DNA from: the human T2T-CHM13v2.0 reference genome, Homo sapiens | DNA length: 64,000 nt | NCBI RefSeq assembly: GCF_009914755.1 | Contig: NC_060927.1 | Reading direction: 5' to 3' (one strand) | Shown here: piece after piece, positions 41,335 through 56,971 of the stretch | How positions within the stretch are numbered: position 1 is the stretch's first letter | Layout of the letters: every line of letters begins with the position of its first letter | Position numbers and translations under genes: made by a program | The notes under the pieces: generated by a model | Seen by the model: only the letters and a program-made list of their open reading frames with translations | Told to the model about the DNA's origin: nothing | Databases searched by the model: none

Positions 41335-42242
41335 TGACGATATAGGACAAAAGCAGGGAACACCTGCCTTCTGCTCTGGCCTAGATCCCAAGCTCACATT
41401 CCACCCACAGCTGGGATGGGCATGCAGCAATCTGCTTTGCCTTGGGTGCTGGTAAGTGGATGAGGAGAACACAGTGGTGCTTGAAAAACTCGGAAGTGCC
41501 AGTGACCCTGAAGCCCTAAAGTGAGTGTTACAGAGTGCTACAGCTCATTCAGTCCTTCTGCCCCACTGCAGCCAGCAGTTCCAGGGCTGACCTGCCCCGC
41601 TGTTGTTTCCCATCATGTGGAGTGACTGCCTGGCACCCACGCAGGATGGAGGGCTACAGTATTACAGCCTTTCTTGTACCTGTGTTTGGTGGGTACTGAG
41701 TTCTTGTCCAGCATACAAGAATGGGGTTATGCTGACGACCAAATGGTGAAAAGGGTGGAAAAAAGTTTTATTGAGTGACAGAACAGCTGTCAATAGAGAG
41801 GGGACTCGAAGTGGGTGGTCTCCCACCCAAAGGCAGGTAGTCCCTCCCAACCAAAGTTGGGTAGTCCCGCCCACCTGAAGGTGGGTAGTCCCAAAGTGTG
41901 GCTGAGTCCAGGACTTTTACGGGCTCAGAAAAGGGGAGTGTGTGCTGATTGGTTTATGAGTATGCAAAAAAGGTTAAAACAAAGGCATCACACAAAGCTA
42001 GGCACAACAGTGTAAAAAAACAATTAGGGAAGGGTAGGTATATATTTCAAGTAGATGGAATGGGGATCAATCTGGGAAAAAGCACACTAAATGGGAAGAG
42101 AGGTTCTCAATCTGGTCCATGGATTTATCTGAGACTTGTAGCCTGGCTTTCAGGCTTTAAACTGTCTTTGGTTTGAAGGTCTGGTTTCATCAGGGACCCA
42201 CCCATATCTGCCTAGGGATTTGTCTGCCTCCTGCTGCTATCA
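41335..42242 (-). mobile_element. ERV1-class solo LTR (MER52/LTR1/LTR28 group)
   Basis: Ends GATTTGTCTGCCTCCTGCTGCTATCA; TTTATTGAGTGACAGAACAGCT poly(A) region, GCTGATTGG box, internal GGTAGTCCC repeats. Confidence 0.8.
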
Positions 42243-42422
42243 ATGTCGGGAGATATTTTTTATTTTCAGGACTTGGGAATAGGGAGAAGAGGGATAGAGT
42301 TCCTGGAATCTCCTAAGAAGTCAGAAATGCTGCTAAACAATTCACCATGCATAGGACAGCCTCTCCCATAAAAATGAGTTATCTTTGCCCAGATGGCAGT
42401 AGTGCTAAGGCTAAAAATCCTC
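42243..42422 (+). mobile_element. MER20 fragment
   Basis: ATGCTGCTAAACA...ATGCATAGGACAGCC...AGTAGTGCTAAGG, similar to 26960-27172. Confidence 0.65.
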
Positions 42423-43439
42423 CTTTAGAAAATCAAAGTCCAGTCATGAGGTATGTGCTTGGCACATCATTATTGTCTGAAACTATGTTTTAAGTTTTAT
42501 ATATTTCAACATTTGTGTGAAGAGCTGGCAATTTCCAAAATAAATGCAGAGAAGGGAAAGAAAAAACACAATCAAGCATAGAAAAGCATTATCCCAATAA
42601 TAAAAATCTGTGAAGAAATATCAAGAGTAAAAAGTAATTCCATGAGGACTAATTGTTTCAGTCTTCCTGCTCCAGGGCACATCTTATCTAATGAATAAAA
42701 CTAGGCCCAAGAAAAACAGTTGTTCTAAGAAATAAAACTAGAATCCAAAATGGAAAAGCATCTATACCCAGACAAAAAATAATTTCAAGGTCTGTGTTTG
42801 CAGACATATGAGTACTGCCAAAAGTTGAGAGAGACATTTGTTCAGATCAATATAAAAATGTGCCATTACAAGAAACATTACTATGGTCATGCTTCTTCCA
42901 TAAATGAATAAAGCTAATAGGCAGGCATTCTTGGATTTTTGTTTGGCACAGCAGAAACTAGAATTTATCTTAGTGCTCTATTAATACTTCAGGATCACTA
43001 ACACATCATAAAGTCATATTAGATACGGTAAAACCTAGGAAATATACTATTCTAACATTTAAGAAACCTAGCATTTTCTATTAGTTTTCTTGACTTACTT
43101 TCAGGATTGCTTTTTTGCTTGTTTTGTAATTTGCATGATCATTTTCTGTCTTGGAATCATGTTTATTCTGAGTTTCCCCCAAAGAAGCAGATATTCTAGG
43201 TACAAAATGACCTTAAAAGTAATAAGCTGTTATGTATGTGATTAGAAGTGTTGCTATGAGCTTAAGGACAGATTTTAGACTCATAAATTATATTGTGACA
43301 GTTTGTCATTGTTTGCCTTTTTGAAAATAGTTGTCTGTAATTTACCAACCTTACATCTAACTGCTATATTTCTGATTGTAGCTAAAAATGCTTTCTCTGA
43401 GGAAAAAATGGATAGTATGGTTCATGGAAGAAAAATAAT

Positions 43440-43640
43440 ATGATGAAAATGTCAGGTCTTAGAGTGGTAATTTGGGCTTCTTCTGCTGCCTGGCTACCAC
43501 ATGACCTTGAGCAATGCCTGGCTTCTTTGGTCTTTAATTTATCCATTTCTAAGTGAGCATAATACCACAAGATGAAGCTCATGAGATTGTTATGAGGAGA
43601 CTCTAATAAAAATGCACTTTTCAAAAACGCTGCATAAATG
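43440..43640 (+). mobile_element. MIR
   Basis: ATGACCTTGAGCAA...GAGATTGTTATGAGGA core. Confidence 0.6.
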
Positions 43641-45827
43641 CTAAATAGAGTAAAATATGCCTTTCTTCCAATACATTTTTGAGAGCTTTTCATTTTGGGC
43701 TCTCCTTTAATGATGACCACCTCATGGAGCTTCAGCAAGCTTTTCAAATACCATGCAAGTAATTCTTTATTTCTATGAATGCACGAGACATTTAGATCTG
43801 TCTGTTCTTCACACAGAGAAGCAAATTGATCATTCAATATATACTCTGCTGTTTATACACAAATATGTGATTTTTTTCATAACTGATTTAAGGATAAAGG
43901 ACATAACATTTTCTTTCACAGTAGACTAAAATATTGTAGTTCATATTTGGGTACAAATGAAAGTATGGTAGATTCAATAGTTATATTTAAATTAATTAAA
44001 ATTTTAGTGGATTTTAGAGCAAATATAAAATGATGACAGCACAATTAAATAACTCTCTTGTAACAAACTCAAGTGAAGATATGGGGATTATACTCTAGGT
44101 TAGATTAGTTATATTTTTTTTTTTAAAAATGTATTTCCATATATGCTGTCACAGATAAATGAATTGAAAATAAATTATCTAAAAATTTTGAGTAGACTAG
44201 GCTTCCAGAATTGGTATAATTCATTCTTTCAACTATGATATATTTTAACAAAGGCATTAATATTAAATTAATGAAATTATGAAGTTATATGGCTTTAAAT
44301 GTCTCAAAATCCTAGTGACTGAAAGTATACAGGCATTGCACACACACGTAGCCCTCATTTGTAGGCCCTATATTTCCTAGAAAAATTGGTTCAAATCAAA
44401 TTGTATGTATAAACATTCAATGTTATCATTATTTTCATTTCAAAAAGGTGAAAATATCATGGACTCAAAAGAAACCAAGCAACTGAAGCATGTAATTTTA
44501 CATTATAGTGATACATATGTTCTCTTACATTTCTAGACTGCTAAAATGTTGGAAACCAGAGACAACAGGAGTAATTTATAGTCTAGGATTCTCAAAAGGG
44601 GCTGCTCATTTCAGTTACCTTTGAAATTCAAAATAATAATGATAGCAATAATAATAATAATAAGTTTACGGGGCTCGACTTGATTTACGAGATCTGAGTC
44701 TGGGTCTCAAATTTTAAAAATCAGTTCCTCAGTAATTCTTCTGTGTCACTCATGAAAGAAATCATTGATCTAATCAACATAATGTTTAACAGAGGAGAAA
44801 ACAGAGTCCCAGAAAGGTTGAATAATTTAGCATGAATGTATAGCTAATTGGCAAAACTAACTCTAGAGTTTAAATCTCCAGGGAAAGAGACTACATTATA
44901 ACATTTTTTTCCCTGAAAAAGAAAATATGTTTTTAGACTAAAATTCCATAAGTTTCAATTCCATAAATGAGTTTAGTATCTTCCATTTTATACATGTGCA
45001 TGTGTGTATACACTTCACCCTTTATTTTGTAGCCATGAGATTGCTTCCCTCAATAAATGCAGAAAACTTCAGCATTAGCTCGTGAAGAGTTGATTTTTTT
45101 AGAGACAATTAAAATTTTAAAAAATATTCTGATTATTTTTTTCAGGATTCTTATAAACACCAGAGTTATTGGACAAGTAATATGATCCATAGAGTGAGAG
45201 GACAAAATGGTAAGATCTGTAAAATACCCAGGCTCCTGAGAGCTACACATTTCATGTAAAAGGGTTCAGAGGGACACAATGGTGTCAGAAATGGCTCAAT
45301 TTCTGGGCATTGTGGATTTGATTTGGAATTTTGTTAAGAGTGCATTAGTGATGCCATTAACCGCTTTTTACATATGGCACTAGGTTGGTTTACTTGTTCA
45401 ACAACTATAATTGAACACCTTTTCCCAACGTCAAAAATTCTAACTTTAATACAATGAAAAGAGTGAACATAGATGGATTATCATGTTCAAATTTCTCCTA
45501 AAATACTCTAAACACTGAATGGTCATTTGATTTAGATTAACCTTATTAAACATTAATGTTATGGTACATGGTTTATTCTTCCTTAGGGAGTCAGAGTCAT
45601 TGATATGGAGACTTTAAAAAATACACATATAATATAATATATATAATGTTATGAACAATAATAAATGAAGTCCAGATAATAGCAACATCAACACAAATGT
45701 CTATACACAGTCCAAGCTACTTCTCTGACCACCATATTGGTATAATTAATTGCCTATTTTACATAGTCACTCAAATGTCTAAAGGCATTTCATGCTATTT
45801 AGCAGGATTTTTTTCCAGTTCTTAAAA

Positions 45828-46870
<1,043 letters not shown>

Positions 46871-47305
46871 CCACTGGAATTACAGTAGATTAATCTTTCC
46901 TTGAAAGTACAAAGCTGAAATTTACTAAATAGCAGTTCCAAATGACTTGTCTACCAATCTAAACATTCCTTTTTTTCATCTTCAGAATTTCATATTCTAT
47001 CCCTTCTTTAAAAACTCACTTTAAATTAAAAGTACCTCTAACAATTTTATAAAATTATTTAAACATACAGTGTCATCTATATTCAAAACATCTCTCTGAA
47101 TGATTATGCTACATAAAATACACATGGTGTATTCACTTATGCCATTTAGCATTTTTAAGATAAGAACAACAAACTTAAAAAGGTCAAATACACAAGAATG
47201 TATGAGATTGCAAAAGGTAAAGCTGAAATTTATACAAGTCTTATGATGCCAAATATAATTTTTACATTTCATCATAATTCTCTTCTATAAAAAATACAGT
47301 ATTCT

Positions 47306-47736
<431 letters not shown>

Positions 47737-48189
47737 TCAGAAACATAAATGATAAGATATTTTAGAGCTCAATTTTTACATAATTTAAACGTAACTTAGT
47801 TCAAACTATTTGTTTTATGCATGAGGAAGCTAAGCCTCTCCTGCCCCAAGAAAAATACAAGCTCTCAGTCAGTGCCACACACCTATTGGGTGGCTAAGAG
47901 GAGACGAGTATCAATTTTTGTTCTAAATGTTTTTTGCTATGCAGTCTTCAAGTAATCATCTATCTATAAGAATGGAGAATGGCCTACATTATTAACTCCC
48001 TGGCTAGACAGTGTCTCATAAACATACTAGGATCAATGAATCAAAACCTCTAGTGTGAGATCTTTGCATCATTGCTTGTATAAAATTGAACATAAAATGT
48101 AGCTTGTTTTGAGAAGTAATGATTTTAAACCTGCAATCATTAAATATTAACACTTGACAGACCACATATTTGACAGCGATCTTATAAAA

Positions 48190-48432
48190 CTTTTATCATA
48201 TTGTAACTTTTCTATGTTCATATACACAAGAACTATTGTATTAGAGTTGCTTACAGTACTCAGAATAGTAACATTCTCTGCAGGTTTGTAGCCTAGGAGC
48301 AATAGGTTTTACCTTATAGCCTAGGTGTTTAGTAGACTGTACATTTTAGGTTTATGTAAGTATACTTTATGATAGTTGTGCAATGACAAAGTTGCTTACC
48401 AACATATCTTTGTCAATAAGAGGCATGACTAT
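48190..48432 (+). mobile_element. Tigger3/MER7 DNA transposon fragment
   Basis: CAGGTTTGTAGCCTAGGAGCAATAGG...TATAGCCTAGGTGT...GCATGACT terminus. Confidence 0.85.
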
Positions 48433-51400
48433 CTAGTTTCCAAATATAGTCTTGAGCACTTAAACTGCCCTTTATTAACTCAGCTGGATCCCTGTTTCCT
48501 ACTCTTTCAAAAATCCCATTTTCTAGTGTTCCTCTATTCTTTGTGCGTGTGTATGCACAAACACATGCATTTTTCATCACTTCTACGTTAAAGAGAGAAT
48601 AGTTTACCTTACTTCTATTCTATATCTATAAAAAAGAGAGGGAAAATTCTACTTTAAGCATTTGCATGAATGCCTTAGTATATGAGGAATGTGTATGTCT
48701 GTGGACCATTTGAAAATGAAATAGAAAACTGTTCGAATTTAAAAATCTTGTAGCTTGTTTCTTCTAAAATTTTACCTTTATACTATCAGATTTGTGTACT
48801 TCACTAAAAATTGCTGAATAAAAAGAATATGGTATTTTATTCTCATATGTTTGCCCTACTTTCTTTTCTCCACCATTTTCTTTAAGGTAGGGAATTATTA
48901 AGCAATAAGTTTAAAATTTGAAATTACAGTTACATTTTAATGCATCATTTGGTCTTCATCAGTAAAAGTTGGTTTCTTTTTTCTGTAGGACTGTGAATGA
49001 CAAATGATTAACCAAATAGTTTTTTAAATGCAGACTGTCCCATGATACACATATTAATTAAATGAATAATAATAAAAAAGTAAAAAAATTCATTTTGGGT
49101 AAATAATATTGTTAATATACAAATGAGCCCATAGGTCTGAGTAAATGTGATATATGTATGTTATTAATAGTAAAGAACATTTATCCTGATATGGTATGTG
49201 ATCAGTACCTCAATATATTAAGCACATAAGTGTATATATATAATCAGGTATTTATATTATATACAAGTTTCAATAATGTCTTCATATGAGCAATTTTATG
49301 AGGTCATCATTAAAATTCTGGATATACATATATTCTTAAAAAAATAGAAAATCCAAGAAGTGAATCAAAATTGCTTTATGAGAAAGCTATAAAATTAGCT
49401 GTGTATTTGGATAGCTGCCTTATTCTCCTTGAATAGCAAAGAGAACTTGCTCTCCTAGAGTAAATATTTTTAAATGTTCTATATTGTACTAATTTACAAA
49501 TGAAAAGTAAACTAAAATGTCAGAAATGTTTTCAAGTTTGTGAGTATGATTATATATTATTTTGTAAAATTGAAATAAATAAAGGGACTTTCAAAGCTTG
49601 GTTTTATCATTCAGATTTGAGTTTCTGTGTAACATTTTCTGAGGAAAAGAAAATAAATATTTATAGTCTATAAAAATATGTCTACAATGCTTATGAAATA
49701 TTTATAATAAATGTAATTTATAATCTGAATTCCTTTTATCATTAGTATATAAAGATGAAAAAAATATCAACTCAGTGGGTTGGAAATATTGATAAAATAT
49801 AAAGTCTGTCTTCATTTACCACAGGCTTCTCTTTTCCAACCTTTCTTTGACAAGATATGTCACCTTGACAAGCCAGTTACCATAAATGACTTACAACTCC
49901 CTGAACCCTGTATTTAATATAGTCAGGACCCCACACTTCAAATTGTCATACACCATTATTATGTTTCAGGATGTCAGTCTGTTATCTGAAGGATAGTTCC
50001 TCCCCATGTGTAAATTCTTCTGGTATTTGTCTTTTGGTGTCAGCATCAAAAGATGTGATCTTTGATCACTAATCTAATACTTTATGGAGCTGTAAACAGA
50101 CAATAAAGCAAGAATTTTGTTATGATTGATAGATTGTTTTGTGAATTTGGGATTAAGGCAATGACTTCAGTGATTGCTCATGTCTTACATCATTTAGGTT
50201 CAAACAGAAACTTTCATGCTTGCAGAATGTAAACAAAAACACTTTAAAAAATCTTTTTATGTCATGCAGTTTTTAAATGTAATTGTTAATGCAGTTATTC
50301 TCCAAATGCAGATTAAAATTTGAGTCTTTTTTACATCTGTGTGTGATAAACAGTACAATTTCAAATGATACACATATATAAAGAATGGTCAGGACGGTAT
50401 GAATGAAGATGGCAGAATAGAAGGCTCCATCAATTATCCCCACAAGGATAACAGTTTAACAACTATCTTCAGACAAAAAGCACATTTATAAGAATCAAAA
50501 ATCAGATGAGCCCTCATGGCACCTGGTTGTAATTTCATATAGCTGAAAGAGGGCACTGAAGAGGTAGGAAAAACAGTCTTGAATGGCAAATGCCACCCCT
50601 CTTATATTCCCCAGCAGCAGCTGAGTGGTGCAGGGAGTGTTCCTGTGCTCTGGGGAGAGTGAGGGAACAGCAACTGTGAGGCACTACCTCAGTGCTGCCC
50701 TGTTATAGCAGAAAGAAAAACTGGAACAAATTCAGCTGATGCCTGCCCACAGAGGTAACATTTAAAACAGGCTTAGCCAGAGGGAAATCCTCAATCCCAG
50801 CAGTCAGACTTGAGTTCCTGCAAGCCTTGCTATTGTGGGCTAAAGAGCTCTGAGGAACCAAATAAACTTGAAAGACAACTAGGACAAAAAGACTGCAAAT
50901 CCTAGAATCCTGGTGCTGAACTGGGCCCTGAGTCAGGGGAATGGGGGAAAATGTGATTTGCTAGAACACCATCCTTGGCAGCTAAAGCAGTGCTGGCATC
51001 ACTCCTTCCCTAACCCCAGACTGCACAGCTCAGCACTCCAAAAGAGTTTCCTTCCTTCCATTTGAGGACAGGAGAAAGAAGAGTGGGGAGGACTTTGTCT
51101 TACATCTTGTATACTAGCTCACCTATAACAGAATAGGGTACTGGTCAGAGTAGGTAGACCCTCTTTTCAGGCCCTTTCTCTGGGATAACATTTATAGACA
51201 CATTGTGGACCAGAAGAGAACCTTCTGCTTTAAAGGAAAGAACCCAGTCCTGACAACCTTCATCACCTACTAACTAAAAAAACCCTACCCTGGAGAAACT
51301 AGCAGTGACACCCATGTACTATGTTGAAGGCCTTAGGTCAGACTCAGACTTATTGGCTTCAGGTGAGAATCAGCACATTTTTTGCTGTGGTAGTTATGTG

Positions 51401-52686
51401 GAGAGATTCATTCTGCTTTAGAAAAGTGGGAGGAAAAGTAAAAGGGACTTTGCCTTACACTTTAGGTACCAAGTTGGCCACAGTGGGGTAGAGAACCAAG
51501 TAAGTTCTTGGGGTCATTGATTCCAGGAATTGACTCTTGAATGGCATTTCTGGACCTGCCCTGAGTCAGAGGGGAGTTCGCTGTCCTGAAGGGAGAGTCC
51601 CAGGCCAGTCAGCTTTCACCACAGGTTGACTGAAGTGTCCCTGGGATTAAAGGGAACATCAGTGATAGTCTGGCAGTACTTCCCATGGGTCTGTGGTGAT
51701 GGTTGCCACAGGGTGGGTCTCCTCTGCCTTTGTAAAGAGGAAGAAAAAGTGAAAAGGACTGCATCTTGTGGTTTGAGTACCAGCTGAGCTGCAGTACATT
51801 AGAACACCAGGTAGACTTCTAAGGTTTTTAACTAATCCCTGGTCCCCTGATGGCAGCTCTTGACCCACTCAGGGCCTGAGAGAGCTCATTGCCCCAAAAG
51901 GAAGAACAAAGGTCTGGCTGGCTTTATCACCTAATTAATGAGTATAGAACTCTAGGGCCTTGAGCAAACACAGGTGAAAGCCAGGGAGTGGTTACAGCAG
52001 GTATTTGGTGAGACCCACTGCTGTGCTAACATCATGGTAAACCCAGGGCAGTCATAGCGATGTTGGCCACTGGAATGCTCCAGATGGCTCAGAGCAGAGA
52101 GAGAGAGATTCTCTATTGATTTGGAACAAAGTAAGGGAAGAGAACAAGAGACTCCGCCTGGTGATCCAGATCTTGTTCAAAACCTTCAAGGCAGTACCCC
52201 AAGTTTGCAAGAAGCCTTCCCAAGAAGACAGGTACAAATAAGCCCAGACTCTGAAGTCCACAACAAATATCTAACTTTTCAATGCCCAGACACAGAAAAA
52301 TGTCCACAATAGCAAGATCATTTAGGAATACATGAACTCACTAAATGAAATCAATAAGGCAAGAGGGACCAATTCTGTAGAAAAAGAGATATGTGATCTT
52401 TTCGACACAGAATTCAAAATAGCTGTGTTGAGGAAACTAAAATAAATTCAACATAATAAAGAGAAAGAATTCAGTATTCTACCAGATAAATTTAACAAAG
52501 AGATTTAAGTAATTAAAAAGAATCAAGCCGAAATTTTGGAACTGAAAAATGCAATTGACATCTTGAGGAATGAAGCAGAGTCCTTTAATAGCAGAATTGA
52601 TAAAGCAGAAGAAAGGATTAGTGAGCTTGAAGACAGGCTATTTGAACATGCAGTTAGAGGAGACAAAAGAAAAAGAATAAAAAATA

Positions 52687-52983
52687 GGCCAGGCACAGTG
52701 GCTCAAGCCTGTAATCCCAGCACTTTGGGAGGCTAAGGCAGGTGGATCACTAAGTCAGGAGATCGAGACCATCCTGGCTAACACGGTGAAACCCTCTCTC
52801 TACTAAAAATACAAAAAAATTAGCTGGCCATGGTGGGGGGCACCTGTAGTCCCAGCTATTCAGGAGGCTGAGGCAGGAGAATAGCGTGAACCCGGGGTAC
52901 GGAGCTTGCAGTGAGCCAAGATCACACCACTGCACTCCAGCCTGGGCAACAGAGCAAGACTCTGTCTCAAAAAAAAAAAAAAA
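52687..52983 (+). mobile_element. AluY inside L1 ORF1
   Basis: GAGATCGAGACCATCCTGGCTAACACGGTGAAACC; poly(A) tail. Confidence 0.95.
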
Positions 52984-53949
52984 TGAAACTTATCTATAGG
53001 ATCTAGAAAATAGATTCAAATGGCAAATCTAAGAGTCATTGGCCTTGAAGAGGAGACAGAGAAAAAGACAGGGGTAGAAAGTTTACTCAAAGGGTAATAA
53101 CAGACAACTTGCCAAACCTAGAGAAAAATATCAATATCCTAATAAAAAAGGTTATAGAACACCAAGCAGATTTAATCCAAAGACTACCTCAAGGCTTTTA
53201 ATAATCAAATTCCCAAAGGTCAAGGATAAAGAAAGGACCCTAAAAGCAGCAGGAGAAAAGAAACAAATAATATAAAATAGAGCTCCAATACATCTTTCAG
53301 CAGACTTTTTAGTGAAAATCTTACAGGCCAGGATAGAGTGGCATGATGTATTACAGTGCTAAAGGAAATAAGCTTTTACCCTAGAATGGAATATCTGAGA
53401 AAAATATCCTTCAACCACAAAGGAAAATGAAGATTTTCCAAGACAAATGAAAGCTGAGGAATTTCATCCACACCACAGCTGTCCAATTAGAAATGCTAAG
53501 GATAGTACTTCAGTCAGAAATAAAAGGATGTCAAAGAGCAAGAAGATGTAATCTGAAGGTAGAAAACTCACTGGTAATAGCAAGTAGACAGAATAACAGA
53601 AAATGTTACAATACTGTAACTATTGTGTTTAATTACTATTATCTTAAGAAGAAATTCTAAACAATAAACAAATTTAAAAAACTTTTAAAGACATAGCAAT
53701 TAAGATATAAATAGAGGGAGCAAACATTTAACAAGTGGGAAAATGAAGTTAAGGTGTAGAGCTTTTATTTATTTTTTTGGCTGGTTGTTTGTGCAAACAG
53801 TGCTTTATCAGCTTAAAGTCATAGTTTACAGGATAGAATTTTCAAGCCTCATAGAAAGTTCCAGCAAAACACATACAAGGAGACACAAAAAGCATATAAA
53901 AAGAAACTACATTGTATCACCAGAGAAAATAACTGTCCCTAAAATGAAG

Positions 53950-54096
53950 GCAAGAAAGGAAAGGAAAGAAAGGAAGGAAGGAAGGAAGGAAGGAAAGAAG
54001 GAAGGAAGGAAGGAAGGAAGGAAGGAAGGAAGGAAGGAAGGAAGGAAGGGAAAGAAAAGAGAAAGAAAGAAAGAGACAGAGAGAGAAAAAAAAAAA
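53950..54096. repeat. (GAAG)n / purine-rich repeat
   Basis: Directly visible; lies in the L1 inter-ORF region. Confidence 0.95.
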
Positions 54097-56453
54097 TAAA
54101 GGCAGGCTGGCCAAAAACCAAGCAGAAAAAAATAACAAAATGGCAAAAGTAAGTCCTTATTTATCAATAATAACATTGAATATAAATGAACTAAACACTT
54201 CAATAAAAATACATAGACTTGCTGTCTAGATAAGAAAAATAACATCCAAGGTTCTGTGGTTAAGAAACAGTCTTCCCATGTAAAGACATATATAGACTGA
54301 AAATAAAGGGATAGACAAAGGTGTTTCATGCCAGTTGAAATTAAAACAGAACAGGAGTCACCATACTTATATTAGACAAAATAGATTTTAAGATAAAAGC
54401 TATAAGAAAAAACAGAAAAGGCCACTATATGATGCAAAAGGAGTCAATTCTGCAAGAGAATATAATAATGTTTAATATATATTCAACCAACATGTGAGCA
54501 TCCAGATATATAAAGCAAATATTGTTAGAGCTAAAGAGAGTGATTGACCCTAATACAACAACACCTAGAGACTTTAACATCCCATTTTCAGTATTGAACA
54601 GACCTTCCAGGCAGAAAATCAACAAACATTGGACTTAATCTGCACTATCAATCAAAGGAACCTAATAGATATTTACAGAACATTTCACCCAATGGCCGCA
54701 CAATACACATTCTTGTCCTCAGCCCATGGATCATTCTCAAGAATAGACCATATGTTATGTCACAAAACAAACCTTAAAACAATAAAAAAAAACAAGATAA
54801 TAAGCATCTTCTCTGAACAGAATGGAATAAGACTAGTAATCAACAAGAGGAATTTTTTAAAATATACAAACACATGGAAAATAAACAATTTGCTCTAAAA
54901 TAGCCAGCAGGTCAATAAAGAAATTAATCAGAAAATTGAAAAATTTCTTGAAACCCAGGGTAAAGGAAACACAGCATATCAAAACCTATGAAACACAGCA
55001 AAAGCAGCACTAAAAGGAAAGTTTATAGTGATAAAAAAATTAAAACTACATAAAAATAGAAGAAAACCTTTGAATCAACAACTTAACCACGCATCTTGAA
55101 GAACTAGACAAGCAAGAGCAAAGGCAACCTACAATTAGTAGAATACAACAAAAATAAAGAACAGAGGAACAGAAATAAATGAAATTGAAATGAAGAAAAC
55201 AATACAAAATATCAATATAACAGAAAGTTGTTTTTTTGCAAAGTTGAACAAAGTTGACAAACCTTTAGCCAAACTAAGGAAAATAGAAAGAAGATCAAGA
55301 TAAAAAAATCTAGAGACAAAAATGAGACAGTACAACAGATACTGCAGAAACTCAAAGGATTATTAGTGAATACCTTGAGTAACTACATGCCAGATAAATG
55401 GAAAATCTAGAAGTGGACAAATTCCTAGACACATACAGCCTACAAAAACTGAAGAAGGCAGAAATTCAAAACCTGAACAAACCAATAACAAGTAGCAATA
55501 TTGAAGCCATAATAAAAATTCTCCCAGTAAAGAAATGCCTGGAACATGAACAGTTTTACTACTGAATACGACCAATTAAAGAAGAACTAATAACAAGCCT
55601 AGTTATACTTTTCTAAAAAATCAAGGAGGAGGGAATACTTTCAAATTCATTACTCAAAGTAAGAATTACTCTGAAACCAAAACTAGACAAAGGCACATTA
55701 AAAAAAAAGAAAGAAAGAAGAAGAAAACTACAGGCCAGTATCCCTGATGAATATTGATGCAATTATCCACACCAAAATATTAGCAAATAAAATTCAACAA
55801 TACATCAAAACTACCATTTGTCATAAACAAGTGAAACTTTTCTCTGCAATGCAAGATGGTTTAAAATATACAAATGAATCAATTTGATACATTATGCCAA
55901 CAGAATGAGAAACAAAAACTATATGATCATTTCAATTGATGCTGAAAATGCTTTTAGAAAAATTTAACATCTCTTTATGATAAAATCCCTCAAAAATCGG
56001 GGTATTGAAGGAACATACCTCAACATAATAAAAGTCACATACTAAATACCCACAACTGGTATCATACGTAACAGAACAAAACTGAAACACATTCCTCAAA
56101 GATATGTAACACAAAAAAAGATACCTACTTTCACCGCTGTTGTTAAACATAGTACTGGAAGTCCTAGCTAGAGAAATGAGAGAAGTTAAAGAAATAAAGG
56201 GCATCTAATTTATAAAGGAAGACAAATTATCCTTTTTTGCAGATAATGTTATCATACATGGAAAAACATAAAGACTTCACAAGAAAACTATGAGAATTGA
56301 TAAACAAATTAATAAAGTTGGAGAATATAAAATCAATGTAGAAAAATCAGTAGCCTTTCTACATGCCAACAAGAAACAATGGGGAAAAGAATTTTAAAAG
56401 TAATCTAATTCACAATAGCCACACATAATATTAAATACCTAGAAAAACAAATC

Positions 56454-56954
56454 TGTATTAGTAAGGGTTCTCTAGAGGGACAGAACTAATAGGAAAGACA
56501 TACATATGAATGGCAGTTTATTAAGGAGTATTGACTCACATGATCAAAAGGTGAAGTCCCACAATAAGCTGTCTGTAAGCCAAGGAGCAGGGAAGCCAAT
56601 CCAAGTCCCAAAACCTCAAAAGTAGGAAAGCCAATAGTACAGCCTTCAGTCTGTTGCCAAAGGCCAAATAACTCTTGGTGAACCACTGGTGTAAATCCAA
56701 GAGTCCAAAAGCTAAAGAATTTGGGGCCTTATGTTAGAGGGCAGGAAGCATCCAGCACAGGGTAAAGATGAAAGCTAGAAGACTCAGTAAGTCTGCTCAT
56801 TCCATTTTCTTCTCCCTGCTTTACTCTAACTATGCTGGCAGCTGATTAGATGGTGCCCACCCAGATATGGAATGGGTCTGCCTCCCCAAGTCCACTGACA
56901 TAAATGTTAATCTCCTTTACAAACACCCTTACAGACAGACCCAGGAACAATACT
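56454..56954 (-). mobile_element. MLT2A2-like 3' LTR of ERVL provirus (first ~45 bp lost)
   Basis: TGTATTAGTAAGGGTTCTCTAGAGGGACAGAACTAATAGG; aligns to 62033-62584 until GGAACAATA. Confidence 0.92.
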
Positions 56955-56971
56955 GCACGAAGCATCTAAAG

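Noticed and set aside
41810-41895. Roughly 24-bp GGTAGTCCC repeat series
   Set aside because: Lies within an ERV1 LTR and is most simply an internal LTR repeat.
43382-43837. 151-aa minus-strand ORF
   Set aside because: Non-ATG start, overlaps a MIR, no recognisable domain.
53743-54329. Low-complexity ORFs (RKEG / LPSF repeats)
   Set aside because: Translations of the (GAAG)n microsatellite.
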